The notes beneath the pieces were generated by a model. The model was not told the DNA's origin. It ran no database searches and saw only the letters and a program-made list of their open reading frames with translations. A stretch of 64,000 bases of DNA, from the NCBI GenBank assembly GCA_951406725.2, contig OX597821.1, positions 81,344,001-81,408,000 on the forward strand, read 5' to 3'. This document shows, piece by piece, positions 14,601-28,800 of this stretch; the first letter of the stretch is position 1, and the number at the start of each line of letters is the position of its first letter. Position numbers and translations under genes: made by a program. Source of the DNA: Octopus vulgaris. Lineage: Eukaryota.

Positions 14601-17043
14601 GAGGAAATTATTTATTTCACAACTGGTTAAAAGCAGCAAAAATAATTTTCTTTTTATAATTAAAACAAAGGAATTATACTTCTTTGAGTCTACTTAATAA
14701 ATAAATAAATGCAAAAATAAAATAATTAACAATATTAAAAAGGTATAAAATAATGTGAGCATACCTGGGTTTGTGGTAAGACTATCTGTTAAGTATACTA
14801 CTAGTTTAACAAATTGTTAAATTGAAAATATACTACATTCACGCAAGCTAAATAAGCATATTATAGAATGTTACAAAGAAATACCATACATTGACTTATT
14901 TCTATAATGAACTTTGATGTAATTTCAAGCAATAATGCCAAAAAAATTTTTTTTTTCTTTTCATTAAGATCATATTTTATAGGTAATATATACAGTGACA
15001 GCAATAATAACTAACCAGCAGATGATATATGTATAGTTGATGCACATAAAGAGAACAGCAATCATAACTAAATAAAACTAAATATAATAGTTTGAACCTA
15101 CCTTGCAGAAGGTGAGTCTCTCTGTACAGAACCAAGTTGACTTTGAATTTCTTGGAGTCGACAATGATAATCCCGAGAGCTATAAGAAAAAGAAATAAAT
15201 GTTAGACTATTAATTTTAATATTGGCTTCAAATTTTGGCACAAGGCCAGTAATTTTGGTGGAGGGGGTATGTCAATTACATCAACCCCAGTGATCAACTG
15301 GTACATATTTTACCAATTTTAAGGCAGTGAGCTGGCAGAAACATTAACACACCGGGCAAAATGCCTAGAGGTATTTCGTCTGCCATTACGTTCTGAGTTC
15401 AGATACTGCCGAGGTTGACTTTGCCTTTCATCCTTTCGGGGCTGATTAAATAAGTATCAGTTAATCACTGGGGTCGATGTAATCAACTTAATCCCCTTGT
15501 CTGTCCTTGTTTGTCCCCTCTGTTTTTAGCCCCCTGTGGGCAATAAAGAAATAATTATTTTACCAACCCTGAAAGGATGAAAGGCAAAGCTGACCTCAGT
15601 AGAATTCAATTTCAGAATGTAAAGATGAATGAAATGCTGCTAATGATTCTGCCAGCTCATTACCTTACATATTACCTTACAATGTGTCAGTTATTTCACC
15701 TTTTCATCCTGTGAACATGCTTTGTTCCTTTACAAGAAAATACCTTTAATCATCATCATTTAATGAACTAGAAAAGGTGATGCTGTTTCATAAGTCTAAG
15801 ACAATCGCTGTGAGTTGATGTCTGTGTTTTCCCTGCTGGCATGGGTGGATGGTTTAACAGGAGCTGGCCAGCTTCCCAGGTTTTTGTTTGTCTATTTTAA
15901 CATGATTTCTATGGCTGGATCCCCTTCCTAATGTCAACCACTTTACAGAGTGTACTGGGTACTTTTTACGTGGCACCAGCATAGGTGCTTTTATATGGCA
16001 CTAAATCACAGAATAAAATTATAGCTACAAGTAAAAGAAATCAAGTGCTTGATCAATGAAAACCACAACCTACCATCTTAAAAAAGGAAATATACATCAG
16101 ATAATGGCAGTCTTAGATACACACAAAAAAAACAGACAGTATGTCATGGGTGGATGCACTTGATCATAAATTTGCTTGATTTGGGCTGACTAAGCACAAA
16201 ACAATAACAAAAAAACAATAAATGGTTTTATATCTCAGATATCATTAATAAAGAAGAACAACAATGAAGTGGGTCTTACCTGAGAGCATATGCAATGATG
16301 GAGCTTGGTTCTGTATCGTAGACAATAACAGGAATACGTTCACATTTAGCCAGCAGAGGATGTTCATGAGCTTCACTGAAATTAGAGAGGACAAGAAGAA
16401 ATATCACCAGGATCTCTTTTGAACAGACTCAAAATCCACAAAGAAATGTAACTAGGGATTCTTTGAATAGACTCTACATTATCTATTTGACTGGAATTAG
16501 ACAGTCTAGTCTCTTTCCTTTATCATTAAGTGGTTAGTCCTCCACATTACTTCAAAAGGGGCACAGGGCTAGTTTCAGGTTTCTCTATTGTATATCTTCC
16601 TCCCTGAACAGGACACTGGTCCCTCGCAGGATTACTCATTCTTACCAGCTGAGTGGATTAGAGCAACATGAAATGAAGTGTTTTGCTCAAGAACACGATG
16701 CATCACCTGGCCCAGGAATTGAAACCGCAATCTTATGATCATAAATCCAACACCCTAACCACCAAGCCACACGCCTCTACTTCATCATTAATTAAGTAGT
16801 AATATCTGCAGAGACACATAGTCAATGACACACGTTGTGCTGATTGATGTTATCTAACCTATATTTTGAATAACAATATTTAGTCATTAAGCAGCATAAA
16901 TTCACCACTGCTCTATTTTCACTCTCTGATCATGTAAGTCATCTATTCTACACTCTCAAAGCTATCATGGTATTCTAAACAAGAAAAGGAATAGGGGAAC
17001 TGTTGATATTGAAAAATAAGTAAACCAGTAATGTATAAGGGGA

Positions 17044-17075
<32 letters not shown>

Positions 17076-17236
17076 AAACAGGTTTCTTTCAGTTTTTGTC
17101 TAGCAAATCCACTCACATGGCTTTGGTTGACCTAAAGTTAGAATAAAAGACACTTGCCCAAGGTGCCACAAAGCAGGACTGAAACAGAAATCGTATGATT
17201 GGGAAGCAAACTTCTGGTCACATAACCATGTCTGCA

Positions 17237-17274
<38 letters not shown>

Positions 17275-20200
17275 TAAACAGTGTGGGATTATTAATCTGG
17301 GCAAATTTGCTCCAATAAAGGAAAACTATGTAATGACCATTATTTTTAGTTTGTTTTATATATACAATATATGCATACATACACACACACACATGCACAC
17401 ATACATATATACATGCTCATATATATACATACACACATGCACACACACACACATACACATACATACAGAGAGGGGGTCAGGCAGACAAGCAGGCAGAGAG
17501 CCATTATTTAGATATAACTCTCAAGCAGTTAATGCCTTAGGCAAGGTGATCATTGCTGATATTACAGTTAAAATTCTGCAGACTTCCCTACCAAATTCTG
17601 GCGATACACTCACTTTATCAATTATGGAACAGTTACATACTGTTATTTTTAAACTAAGACAAACCAAAGAAGAAAAGAATATATTATAAAGATATTCATA
17701 TCCATTACTCACAAAGGCATTCTCAAACTTGCCATGTTTCCAGTGGATGTACGGAACCCAGGTATTCGACTCAATACTGTCCGTTTCTTTTCTTGTTCTT
17801 CATTCCCAATATCATCAGTGTTATCTATTGGAATGGAGAGCAAAATTTTACAATTGCTGATGGCTTTGCTAGAGAACGTAACAATGATGTTTCTATTAAG
17901 CACAACATTTTGATGAAGAGACTAAATATGAGAAAATTAAGAATTGATATAGGTGAATGGAAGAGATAGAAGAATGTGCCAAGCATTATCCTAACATTTT
18001 ACTCAGACACAAAACAGCAAAAGAAACATAATAGAAAAACGGAGATGTACTCGCATAGCAAGTAATTTGATCTGAGATCGTGTGCTGAAACGAAAACAAT
18101 TGCAGCGTGGAAGGTGTTTATAAGCCATTTAAGACACGCACAAAAGCCGTTCGATTCACTTCAACATTTAAGTTTAACGGCTTTTGTGTGTTTCTTAAAT
18201 GGCTTATAAACACCTTCCATGCTGCAATTGTATAATAGAAAAAGTTTTCTGGTAATAATTACACATCAGAGCTCCTAATCTAAGCACCAAAACCTCCCAT
18301 CAAGTGTAATAAACCAGCCTAAAACAACACAAAGTAGCAAAGAAACTTTATTAAAGGCACATGATTTGTAGACAGTGAAAGAACTTCTCTTCAAACTCAT
18401 TTGGTTTACCAATACAACAGCCAAATATTTTTTCAAATAAAACTTTAAAACAAGACTCATAATCTTTGCAGGCTTTCCCAGTCTAATGAGATTGATGGAG
18501 TTGATGGCCATACAAAAAACAAGTATGGGGAAAGAGTTAAGTATCTGCTTCAAACGTTTGCATCAGAGTAAACACAACTAAAAAATGTTTCTAGAACTAA
18601 TCCCAACAGAGAAGTATTATGTTTAGAAAGCTGGTCAAACATGAACACTTTTGTCGTTTTATTTCTTTTGAAATAAACTGCTATTGTTTCTATTTATTTA
18701 GAAAATTTAGCAAAAAGGAAAAAAAATTAGTTAAAATAACTCATTACTAAAGTGGTGTTTTGGACATAACATGGAATTTTGCAGAAAGGTTTTAATTACG
18801 ATCATTTTAAAACATGATTTTCTATACTGTAGAACCAGGGCTGGTCTCAGACAGTTGGTATCATAAGGGCTAATAGTCCAGCAAATCTAACAGCCAAAAA
18901 TGTCACAATAGTTCAGTAGAATTTATGCCACACTGCTCTGTGAATTAAGTTTTTGGTTCACACTTTCTCATAATCAAACATAGTTTATGAAATAGTCAAC
19001 AGAGTTTATAAAATGAATATTATAGTCTTACATTGTAGTAAGAAAAGAAAAGAAAGCAGACCACAACTGGAGTATTGGACTTGTAAGTATTCTCATTTGT
19101 TACACATATGGTCTATACATCTGCCTGATTATATAACTGGATGGAATTACACAAAAAATTAAAATAAAAAACTAAATTTTAGAAAAGAGAAAGAAAAATG
19201 ACAAATAATGTCTCATTGATTTTGAAAGATAAGTTGAAGGAAAGAAAACAACTCACATTTCCTGTCCCTTATTACAACCCTCAGTTTACCATCTCTTTCA
19301 TCTCGAACATTTCCTGGTGAAGAAGACTCTTGACTTCCAAAAGGTACATCACTTTTAGGTGATGAATTTAGATTAGAATCTAAATTACCAACTAATAAAG
19401 TATCTTTGGTTGCTAGATGATAATGAAATGGATAAAACAATTGATCCATTAATATATTGAGAACAAAACAGTAACAATCACACAGTTAGATAAAGTCAAA
19501 ATGAAGAAAGTTGAAAAATACTTATAAACAAAGTATTTAATTCTTCTTGAAGATGTATGAACAACATATATGGAATGCAGTGGAAACTGTTATTAGTTGA
19601 GAAGGAAGGTTTAATGAATAGGGTGATGATAACATCATGAATGGTGATGTTAAATATCACTTGCTTATTTCATGGGCCCCAAATCATGTAAATTGTGAAA
19701 ACAGTCTAAGCATAAGAAAGAAAATGGGAAGATGTCCAAATACTGTAATCCCTCGACTGTCATGGGTGTTATGTTCCAATTTGCCCTGTGATAGGTGAAA
19801 ATCCGCAAAGTAGAAACAGTACTGTATATTTTTTCATTATTTTTATAATTTGTATGTATTTATTTTATTATAAATGCAAAACAACAACATGGAGGAATCA
19901 ACGTAAGCTTAAATAATAAACGGTGATAGGGGAACTGCGATATGGTGAGGGATTAGTGTACAAAATATTTGTTACAACTACAGAATCCCTATACTTTCCT
20001 ATGACTACATATAAACAGTGCATATAAGATAACTGGCTATTAGAAATAACTATTAGACTCCCAATTCAGTGTAGATTATGAAGAACTGGATTTGTACCTA
20101 TTCATATTTAGTTTCCCTTTGAAAATAGATGTACATGGCCTTTATTTGGCAGGTTAGAACTGACTAACTGATGCTAATTGTTATTTAACAGTTCACAAGG

Positions 20201-23200
20201 ATTCAGTGACCCATAAACACGAGTCTGTATATTTATTTAATAGAAATGATTTTAACCTGTCCAGTTTTACGTCACTGGATCATTTGGAAAAGCAGATTAT
20301 GCTTAGCAAATTGCACTGAATCGTAACTCAGACTTGACTTGCAAAAGGATGAACTGATAGAGTACTAGACTTCTAGCTGAAAGGCCAAAGGTTCATATAA
20401 TTAAACCCTTACATCCTCAGTCCTCAAGAGTAGAAAACATTGCAGAATTATTGGCAGATACACAACAACAAATGCATACAGTCATAATCTAGATAATGTA
20501 CTGAACTGCTTGGTGGCTGTTACTCTACTATTCAAAAAATCTTTGTTTGTTGTGTGTACCTCAGAATGGTTGTACAACAGCTGAAGTACATACACAAAAT
20601 AGAGGACCATCAATTATTCAGTGCAGGTGTATTTTCTAGCACTGAAGAGGAAACCCTGTTTTTCTCTATGTTAGGGAGATATGTCTGACAAGAAAACACA
20701 TTAGTGATATCCAAACCTATTATCTGTAAAACCTGTGAAGTTTTAGCTAAGTATTTAAGAACAATAACTCATTTATTCCCCAACACTAAGAATTGATTGG
20801 CTACTTTCACTTCACATATCCTCCTCAATCAATTTAAAGTAACTCTTTCATCAGGTATATGTCAGTCACCAACATTTCATCTCCATGCTAGCTAGTGTGG
20901 TTGTCTCCCTTGCATCCATTTGCCACTGTTTTTAATAATAATATAATAATGAAATTATTGTACACAGTGCTCAGGTGCACCACAACTTGTCAAGAGTGCG
21001 TATAAAGCATATGCAGTAATGTGCAAATGTCTGAAAAGTGAACAGTGTATGAGTCAGATACATGTTTGCGTGTGTATGGAGGGGAGAAAATCAGGTGTAG
21101 TGTTGGAAAATCTCAGGAAGCATGGAAGTTTTGAAGAATGCAGTTTTGCCCAGTCACTTTCGTAACTCATATGCATCCAAGCAATTCCACAATGTAGGAT
21201 CCTATGTGTAGTTATTTGATCTACTAGATATGGTAACCAAATCACTCTCAGACAACATCTTACAAGCTTGAAAAATAAAAATTGAAAACTTTTGCCCAAA
21301 GTACAGCATGTCTGTGAAACAAGCAGACAGGATGGTCCTGATTAGAATATTCCTGATCATAGCTCTCAGTCAGAGGCAATTTGGAGCTGAACAACAACCA
21401 ATTTTGCAAATAAACATTGTTCATCAAACAGATTCAACTCACCGTGTTCTTTAATTGTTACAGATATTCTGCCTTGTTTCATTACCATACACTATCACAA
21501 TCCCCACAGACATATGTTGTATAACTAGCTTTTCATTCAGAGATTACTTCATTGGAGGAATATCATTTAAGATTAGTGATTTTTGCTTTGCTTCAAATGA
21601 TTTTTTTTAAGGAAGAAAGCAGTCAGTCTAAAGGGACCTTCCAAGATTAGTAACATATGAGATGTCATCAACATCATCACTTAACATCCGTTTTATCATG
21701 CTTGCATAGATGAAGCAAAATTTATTGAAGCAGATTTTCTATGGTTGCCCTTTCTGTCACCAACCCATACCTGTTTCCAAGCAAGGTAAGATTTCCCCTT
21801 GGCTAGACATGTTTTTGAGAATATTGGAAATGAATGGCATTCATTTACAACAGCTATACTATGATAATACAAAGCAACAGAGACACATGCACACACAATG
21901 GGCTTCTTTCAGTTTTTGTCAACCAAATCCATGAGCAAAGCTTTGGTTGGCCCAGGGCTACAATAGAAGACACTTTCCTAAGATACTATGCAGGTGAGAC
22001 AGAACTAAAAACCATGTGGTTGGGAAGCAAACTTCTTAACCACACAACCATGCCTGCACCTACAAGAAATGTTAATTTGGTAAATGTTATAAGAGTAGTG
22101 GAGTGATATCAAAAGCATCCGACAGCTAGACAAAATATCTTGCAGTATTTGGTTATGTATATCTATATTCTGAATTCAAATCCTGCCTATATTGGTTTTG
22201 GTTGCCATCCTTATGTAGTTATTATTGTTTGCACTAAGTCAACCTTGTTTGAAAGAAAAACTATAAACAAAGGTATCACAGCCAAGATCATTATATCTTT
22301 CTTTCAGGGGAGGTCTCTGCTATATTTGTCTAGGTCAAGCAAATATGCAAAGAATCCCTAGTTAGAGTAGTCCTCTGATCTATAAAACAGGTAGAAGTAG
22401 TGTACTAAGACTGATTCAATTGTCTATATAACTTCAGTATAGATTTAAGGTCTTGTGTTATAGTTAGACATTGATGTGGTTAATGATATTTATAAAAAGT
22501 TGTAGGTTGGTAAAATATGCGAGGAATTAAAAGACAGAAAGGGAACTAAAGGTAGTTCTAAAGAGGAAAGTCAGTGTACCAGTTGATAAATAAATACTGA
22601 GGACAATAAACTGAATATAAATACAATTTATTGTAGGTGCAATAATGAAATCAACAAACTATACCTGATGTTCTGTCAGAAATATCTACTTCAGTGTTAA
22701 CAGAGATATCTTTATCATCTTGTGGAATTGGTAAAGGCGACGAAGATGCTGGAAAAACAAAAAGGCACCAACTATAAATAGGTGTACAGGAGGTATTTTT
22801 TAGAAAACATTTTACATCTGAAATATATGTTGAGTGATGAGACACGGAGCAACTTTATATAAAGCTATCGTTTAAGGGAGCCACTTGATCCAACAAGGAA
22901 ACCTCATGTGGTTCATAAGCAAGCTACTTACCACACCACCACTCCTACGTTCCGAGTTCAAATTCCGCCGAGGTCGACTTTGCCTTTCATCCTTTCGGGG
23001 TCGATAAATTAAGTACCAGTTACCCACTGGGGTCGATGTAATCGACTTAATCCCTTTGTCAGTCCTTGTTTGTCCCCTCTGTGTTTAGCCCCTTGTGGGT
23101 AGTAAAGAAATATATATACATAAAAAGAAACGAAGTGTACGTACTGGCTGATATAGTAGTACCACTGGAAGCCTGAGAATCAGCTGATTCCTCTTCAACG

Positions 23201-25730
23201 TAGATGTCAGGTGCTTCAACCTGTGGTGTGTGATGAGGACTGTTTGACAAAGTTGAATTGTAACTACCCTCTGCAAATGATTGGACAGATGCTGGATAAT
23301 TGTCCACCTGCAAGAAACATCAACCTCATATTATGCTGAACCTGCTTATGTTATTTAAACCACAGAAAGTAAACAAAACAACAGATAAATAAACAAACGT
23401 CAGTAGTATTTATACAATAAATGTTCCAATTAACTCTATACCAAAATATATCTCTAGAATTACACTAAAACAATGTTAGAGTTCTACCATTAACCCATTA
23501 GTATTTAAAAAAGCCATATCTGGACCAAATATTTAATCTGTTTTATGTTCAAACAGATCTAGCCTCTCACACCTACCATACAATGTTATTTTAAAAATAA
23601 ACAATCACAACATCAAAGTTTTGGAGATAATGCATGATTAATTAAAAACAATGTGAATAAATAAGCATTCCATTTGACGAAGTAATATGAATGTTAAAGG
23701 GCCAAGGAAGACTATACCAGTTTAGTAAGTTAATTAATTAGGGTTTATTCAGCTTCACAACAGTTAATATCCAAATATATTTTGTACATAGAATTATATA
23801 ATTTCATGATCTACAGTGTATTATGTAATTTTCTTAATAAGTATTATGGCTGTGTGCCAACCAACAGATTCTCACTTTTTATAGAAGGGATCAGTAGCCT
23901 TATTCAGAAGGTTCCTGTGCTATGAATATATTCCCCAGGAAAGAAGTCCCAGCCTGAGACATTTGTAGAAATGGATGAAGGTTTGATGCTTGAATAACAT
24001 GCTTCCCACATGGCCTTAGTTTCACTAAAATGTAATCCTATGTTAGCTATGTAATCCTATTTAGAAAAATGGATTAGCACTTTGGAAAGTGATAAGTGGT
24101 CACCATTTTTTCCGGTTTTCATTCTGCAAGAGAAGGGACATCTATAGCTGCTTGTTATAATGAGTTAGAAAAGTTAATAAGTAGAAATCTCCTGAAGCAA
24201 ATTTATTATTTAAGCCATTCAGTGAGACAGTCAGATCAAGATAATAGATTGTTTCTTGATGGCTTTCGCTGGGAGATATTACTAATGGAAAGGGAAGCAC
24301 TCTTCTAGTCCAAGAGACAAAAACTCTATCAGCACTCTTCTAGTCCAAGAGACAAAAACTCTATCAGCACTCTTCTAGTCCAAGAGACAAAAACTCTATC
24401 AGCACTCTAAATGTGAGTCTCAGGAACCTGCAGTGGTAGGTTCTTGTTTAATGCTGCTTTTTGTGTTCAGACATTCACAACTAAATCATTAAATATATTC
24501 TGATAAAATAGAAATGATGAACTAATAAAATAGTATATGTATCATTTTACTAGTTTCAGTCATTGTCTTTAAGAGTCTGGTCAGACACACTGACCCAAGT
24601 ACTTATTTTAGCACACTCAAAAGGAAGAAAAGCAAAGTCAACTTGTTGCATGGGATTTCAACTCAGAATATAAAGGGACGAAACCACAAAGCATTTTGTG
24701 AGATGCTATACCATTTCTGTCATCCAGCATCACATATAACTTATAGAGATTGTGGCATATACTGTTGGAATATGTTTTAACAGACAGATGTCTGGCTACA
24801 TTAGAAGAATAGTAGCAGTGCATTGAATCTACTAAGCTGCACATACACTCTTTTACTCTTTTACTTGTTTCAGTCATTTGACTGCAGCCATGCTGGAGCA
24901 CCACCTTTAGTCAAGCAAACTGACCCTAGGATTCACTCTTTGTAAGCCTAGTACTTATTCTATCAGTCTCTTTTGCCAAACTGCTAAGTTACAGGGATGT
25001 AAACACACCAGCATCGGTTGTCAAGCGATGTTGGGGGGACAAACACAGATGCACAAACACATACACACACATATACATATATACATATAAAGTTAATCCA
25101 AACAAGAAAGCACAAAAAAACACAACAAGGCGAGGACGTGGAACAAATATAGTATTATTGGACGCTCAGGAAAGAAGGAAAGAAGGAGGGTTTAACGTTT
25201 TGAGCGGAGCTCTTTGTCGGAAACATAGGAGAAGGAAAGATCCAGAGAAGGGAAGACGGAGGAAAAAATTTGCCAACATATATATATATATATACACACA
25301 TGTATACAACGGGCTTCTTTCAGTTTCCATCTAGCAAATCCACTCACAAGGCTTTGGTTGACCCAAGGCTATAGTACAAGACACTCTCCCAAGATGCCAT
25401 GCAGTGGGACTGAACCCAGAACCATGTGGTTCGTAAGCAAGCTACTTACCACACAGCCACTCCTATGCCTATATTATGCCTATATATTTATAAGACATTT
25501 ACAATCTATTTTTAAGACAGCATGTTTCTACAACATTTTGACATTTACAAAAGACAAGTACCAATGAGAAGTAGCCGTCAATTCTTTCCAAAACCACACC
25601 CTGCCATCTTAAAAACACACATATTGGATAATGTAGTTCAGATATGCTATTTTCTTGCAAAAAAAAAAAAAAGGACAAAATGGTTATGGCTTGATTAAAT
25701 TTGATCATACATCTGCTTAAGGTAGGTATT

Positions 25731-25810
<80 letters not shown>

Positions 25811-28800
25811 ATTGAGTCACGGTAATATAACTTGCCTACAGAAACAACATTATGGCTGTTTGAGAATTTGAACTGATGATATTCCAGTTATTAGTGGAGT
25901 TTTTTAGTTTACATATTTGAATCTCCATAATATTTTTATTACAGATTGATTTTATTAGATTTGTAAAATGGGATGAAATAACACTTACCACATCTAAAGA
26001 TGACTGATGTTCCTTCACAGCAGGGCTTTGTGTTTTGGACTTCTCTTTCTTTTGCACCAGAAAATCTTGAATTCTTCAAAGAAACAGTTTAAATTATTAT
26101 TTGTATCGTTAATTATAGCACTATTAATAACGTTAATGTATAGAACTGTGAAATATATTCAAGTTAAGCACTTGGGATATAAACTCCTACTAATGAAGTA
26201 AATATATTATTACAAAATCTAGACAAATCTGAATTCAAAGACAGGAGAGGTTATCAACTCTATGTTTGAACTTAAGGGTTCTAAGCAAGTAAAGAGTTTG
26301 TGAGCTAAATCAGAGAAATATACTCTTGCCAGGAATATATTCATTTCACAAACTGATTTGGATTAAACTTTATCATAAACTCATCATCCAAATGTTTGAG
26401 AGAAAAAATTGCTTTAGAGAGTTTGGGCTAAGACATGGCTCCTGTGCCGGTGGCACATAAAATGCACCGTACAAACATGGTCAATGCAAGTACCACCTGA
26501 CTGGTCCCATGCTGGCGGCACATAAAAAGCACCATTCGAGTGTGAGCATTGCCAGTGCTGCCTGACTGGCTCCCATTCTGCTGGCACGTAAAAGGCACTA
26601 TTTAAGCATGGCTGATGCCAGTACCGCCTGACTGGCCCACATGCCGGTGGCATGTAAAAAGCACCCACTACACTCTCAGAGTGGTTGGCATTAGGAAGGG
26701 AATCTAGCTGTAGAAACCTTGTCAGATCAGATTGGAGCCTGGAGCAGCCTTCTGGCTTGCTAGTCCTCAGTCAAACCGTCTGACCCATGCCAGCAGGGAA
26801 AGCAGACGTAAAACGATGATGATGATGGTGCTGACTGAGCAAGAACAGAGTTCACCTATTGGCCTTGTTGTTTTTGACTTTATGTTATATTTTTCTGCTG
26901 CACAATGTCAGTACTTATGCCATTTTGTAGGGTAGTGAGCTGGTAAAATTGTTATCATGCTGAGTGAAATGCTTAGTGGATATTTCATCAGTCTTTATGT
27001 TCTAAGTTCAAATTCCACTGAGACCGACTTTGTAGTTCATCCTTTCAGGGTCAAAAAAGTAAGTACTAGTTAAACACTGGGGACTATGTAACTGATTTAA
27101 CTATTCCTAGGTATGAGTATAAAAAAAGCTGCACCCCTCTGCCGACCTATGCTGAGTAGGCTCATCAAACCAGTATGATCTCAAGATCAAATACACAGTA
27201 TGCATATCAGACAATGGCTGGGTGGTAAGAATATGTTGAGGCTTTTGTCCTGCAGTGGGCTGAAAATGGGCAATCCAATCCAATCCACTGCCATTTCATA
27301 TACTTAAGAAAGCTGAATGAACTTAAGAAAATTCAAACAAATTCTTACTTTGCATTCCAGTTTACCACTGCTTCTGCAACCATCTGTGTTAAACTTGTCA
27401 GACTGTCTGCGATTTGATTGCTCAAGGAAAAACAAACTTCTGTCAAAGAGAAAACATAAAAAAGATTTTCATGAAATTGTTGTCACTGAAACCTACCCAA
27501 CAGCCACAGCTCTTTAGGTCATCTAAAGCTGCAAAGATGCAAACTAGCTGTCAATGTTGAGTTACTAGTCTTAAAAAGGTTACTCAGATTTTTAATAACT
27601 TTACTCATGCTACAAAACTGTAAAAGCACACACAAAAAAATGGCCTTACCTTCATTTTCAAATTTTCCCTCACTGTTTTTTTTACTCAATGACTCTAATA
27701 ACTGCAGTTTCTGGTGGATTTCATCAGCATGTTTATTCAGGGAAGCCCTCTCACTCTATAATTCATGACAGAAAAACAAAATCAATAATAATAGTGATTT
27801 ACGACAATAGTAAATATTTTTTGGAGGAGGGCGATAATTAATTTATAATTGACTTAATCTTATTCAATAACAGACTGGGCTTATTTTATCAAACTTTGAA
27901 GAAAGAAAAATAAAGTTAACCTTGGTGAAATTTGAACACAGAAAGTAAAGCAATGTAACTACCATATTCAATGGCATATAAGATGCACTTTTTTCTGAAA
28001 AGATACCTCAAAAAAAAAAAAAAAAAAAAAAAATCACCCTGCGTCATGTATGTGAAATTGGATTTAGATTTCATGCTTTAATGAACTCAAAACTTTTTTG
28101 TGTGAGTATGTGTATAATACATGCAATTAATTTTGATTATATTAATGTTGATGTGTTTCTCAGTTGTGGTTGTCTGTGTCTTTTTCTCATTGTTGTAGTA
28201 AAAAAAGTGTATTGTGCACAGGTCTTGATGACGTGGTGTACAGCTGTAGTGAATGGTGGACATTGTCATCATGTGGTGTGCAGTAGACAAAGGATGTATT
28301 TATGATTTAAATTATATTAAATAAATTAGTATTTAATTGTTAATACCAACAACTATAGCCAAGAGGCTTAGAAAATAATTCTTAGTAGATATAATAAAAA
28401 AATATATTGTGCACAAAAACAGACTGAATTTCATCATGGTCATGTGGTACATGGTTAAAGTAACTATGATTTATGTTTTAAATTATAAAAATTTAAAAAA
28501 TTAGTATTTAATTATTAATACTAGAGGTTATAACTAGGTGACTTGCAATATAATTTGTAGGTGATTAAAAAACTTTGCTGATATTTCCGTACTCTCACAA
28601 GTAATAATTAAAAATTAGGAAAAAATGTTTTTAATTACAATTGACCGTATCAAATTATTGTTTAGGCAACCTAATGCCTCCTTTGTTTTTCAACACATTA
28701 ACCACAAACACATGCACGAATAAACTAAAACAAAGTTCCATATACACAAGTAATGTTTTTTTTTAAATACATTAGAATGCACAAGTGCACAAGTATCTGA

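Noticed and set aside
14765-14785. 21-nt microexon (cag|...|gtatgc)
   Set aside because: In the required phase 2 it introduces an immediate TAG, and the acceptor is weak.
20560-21470. Extra exons suggested by a ttcttgtcag acceptor (20685) and a gtgagt donor (21442)
   Set aside because: Both hit stop codons in the required phase 1.
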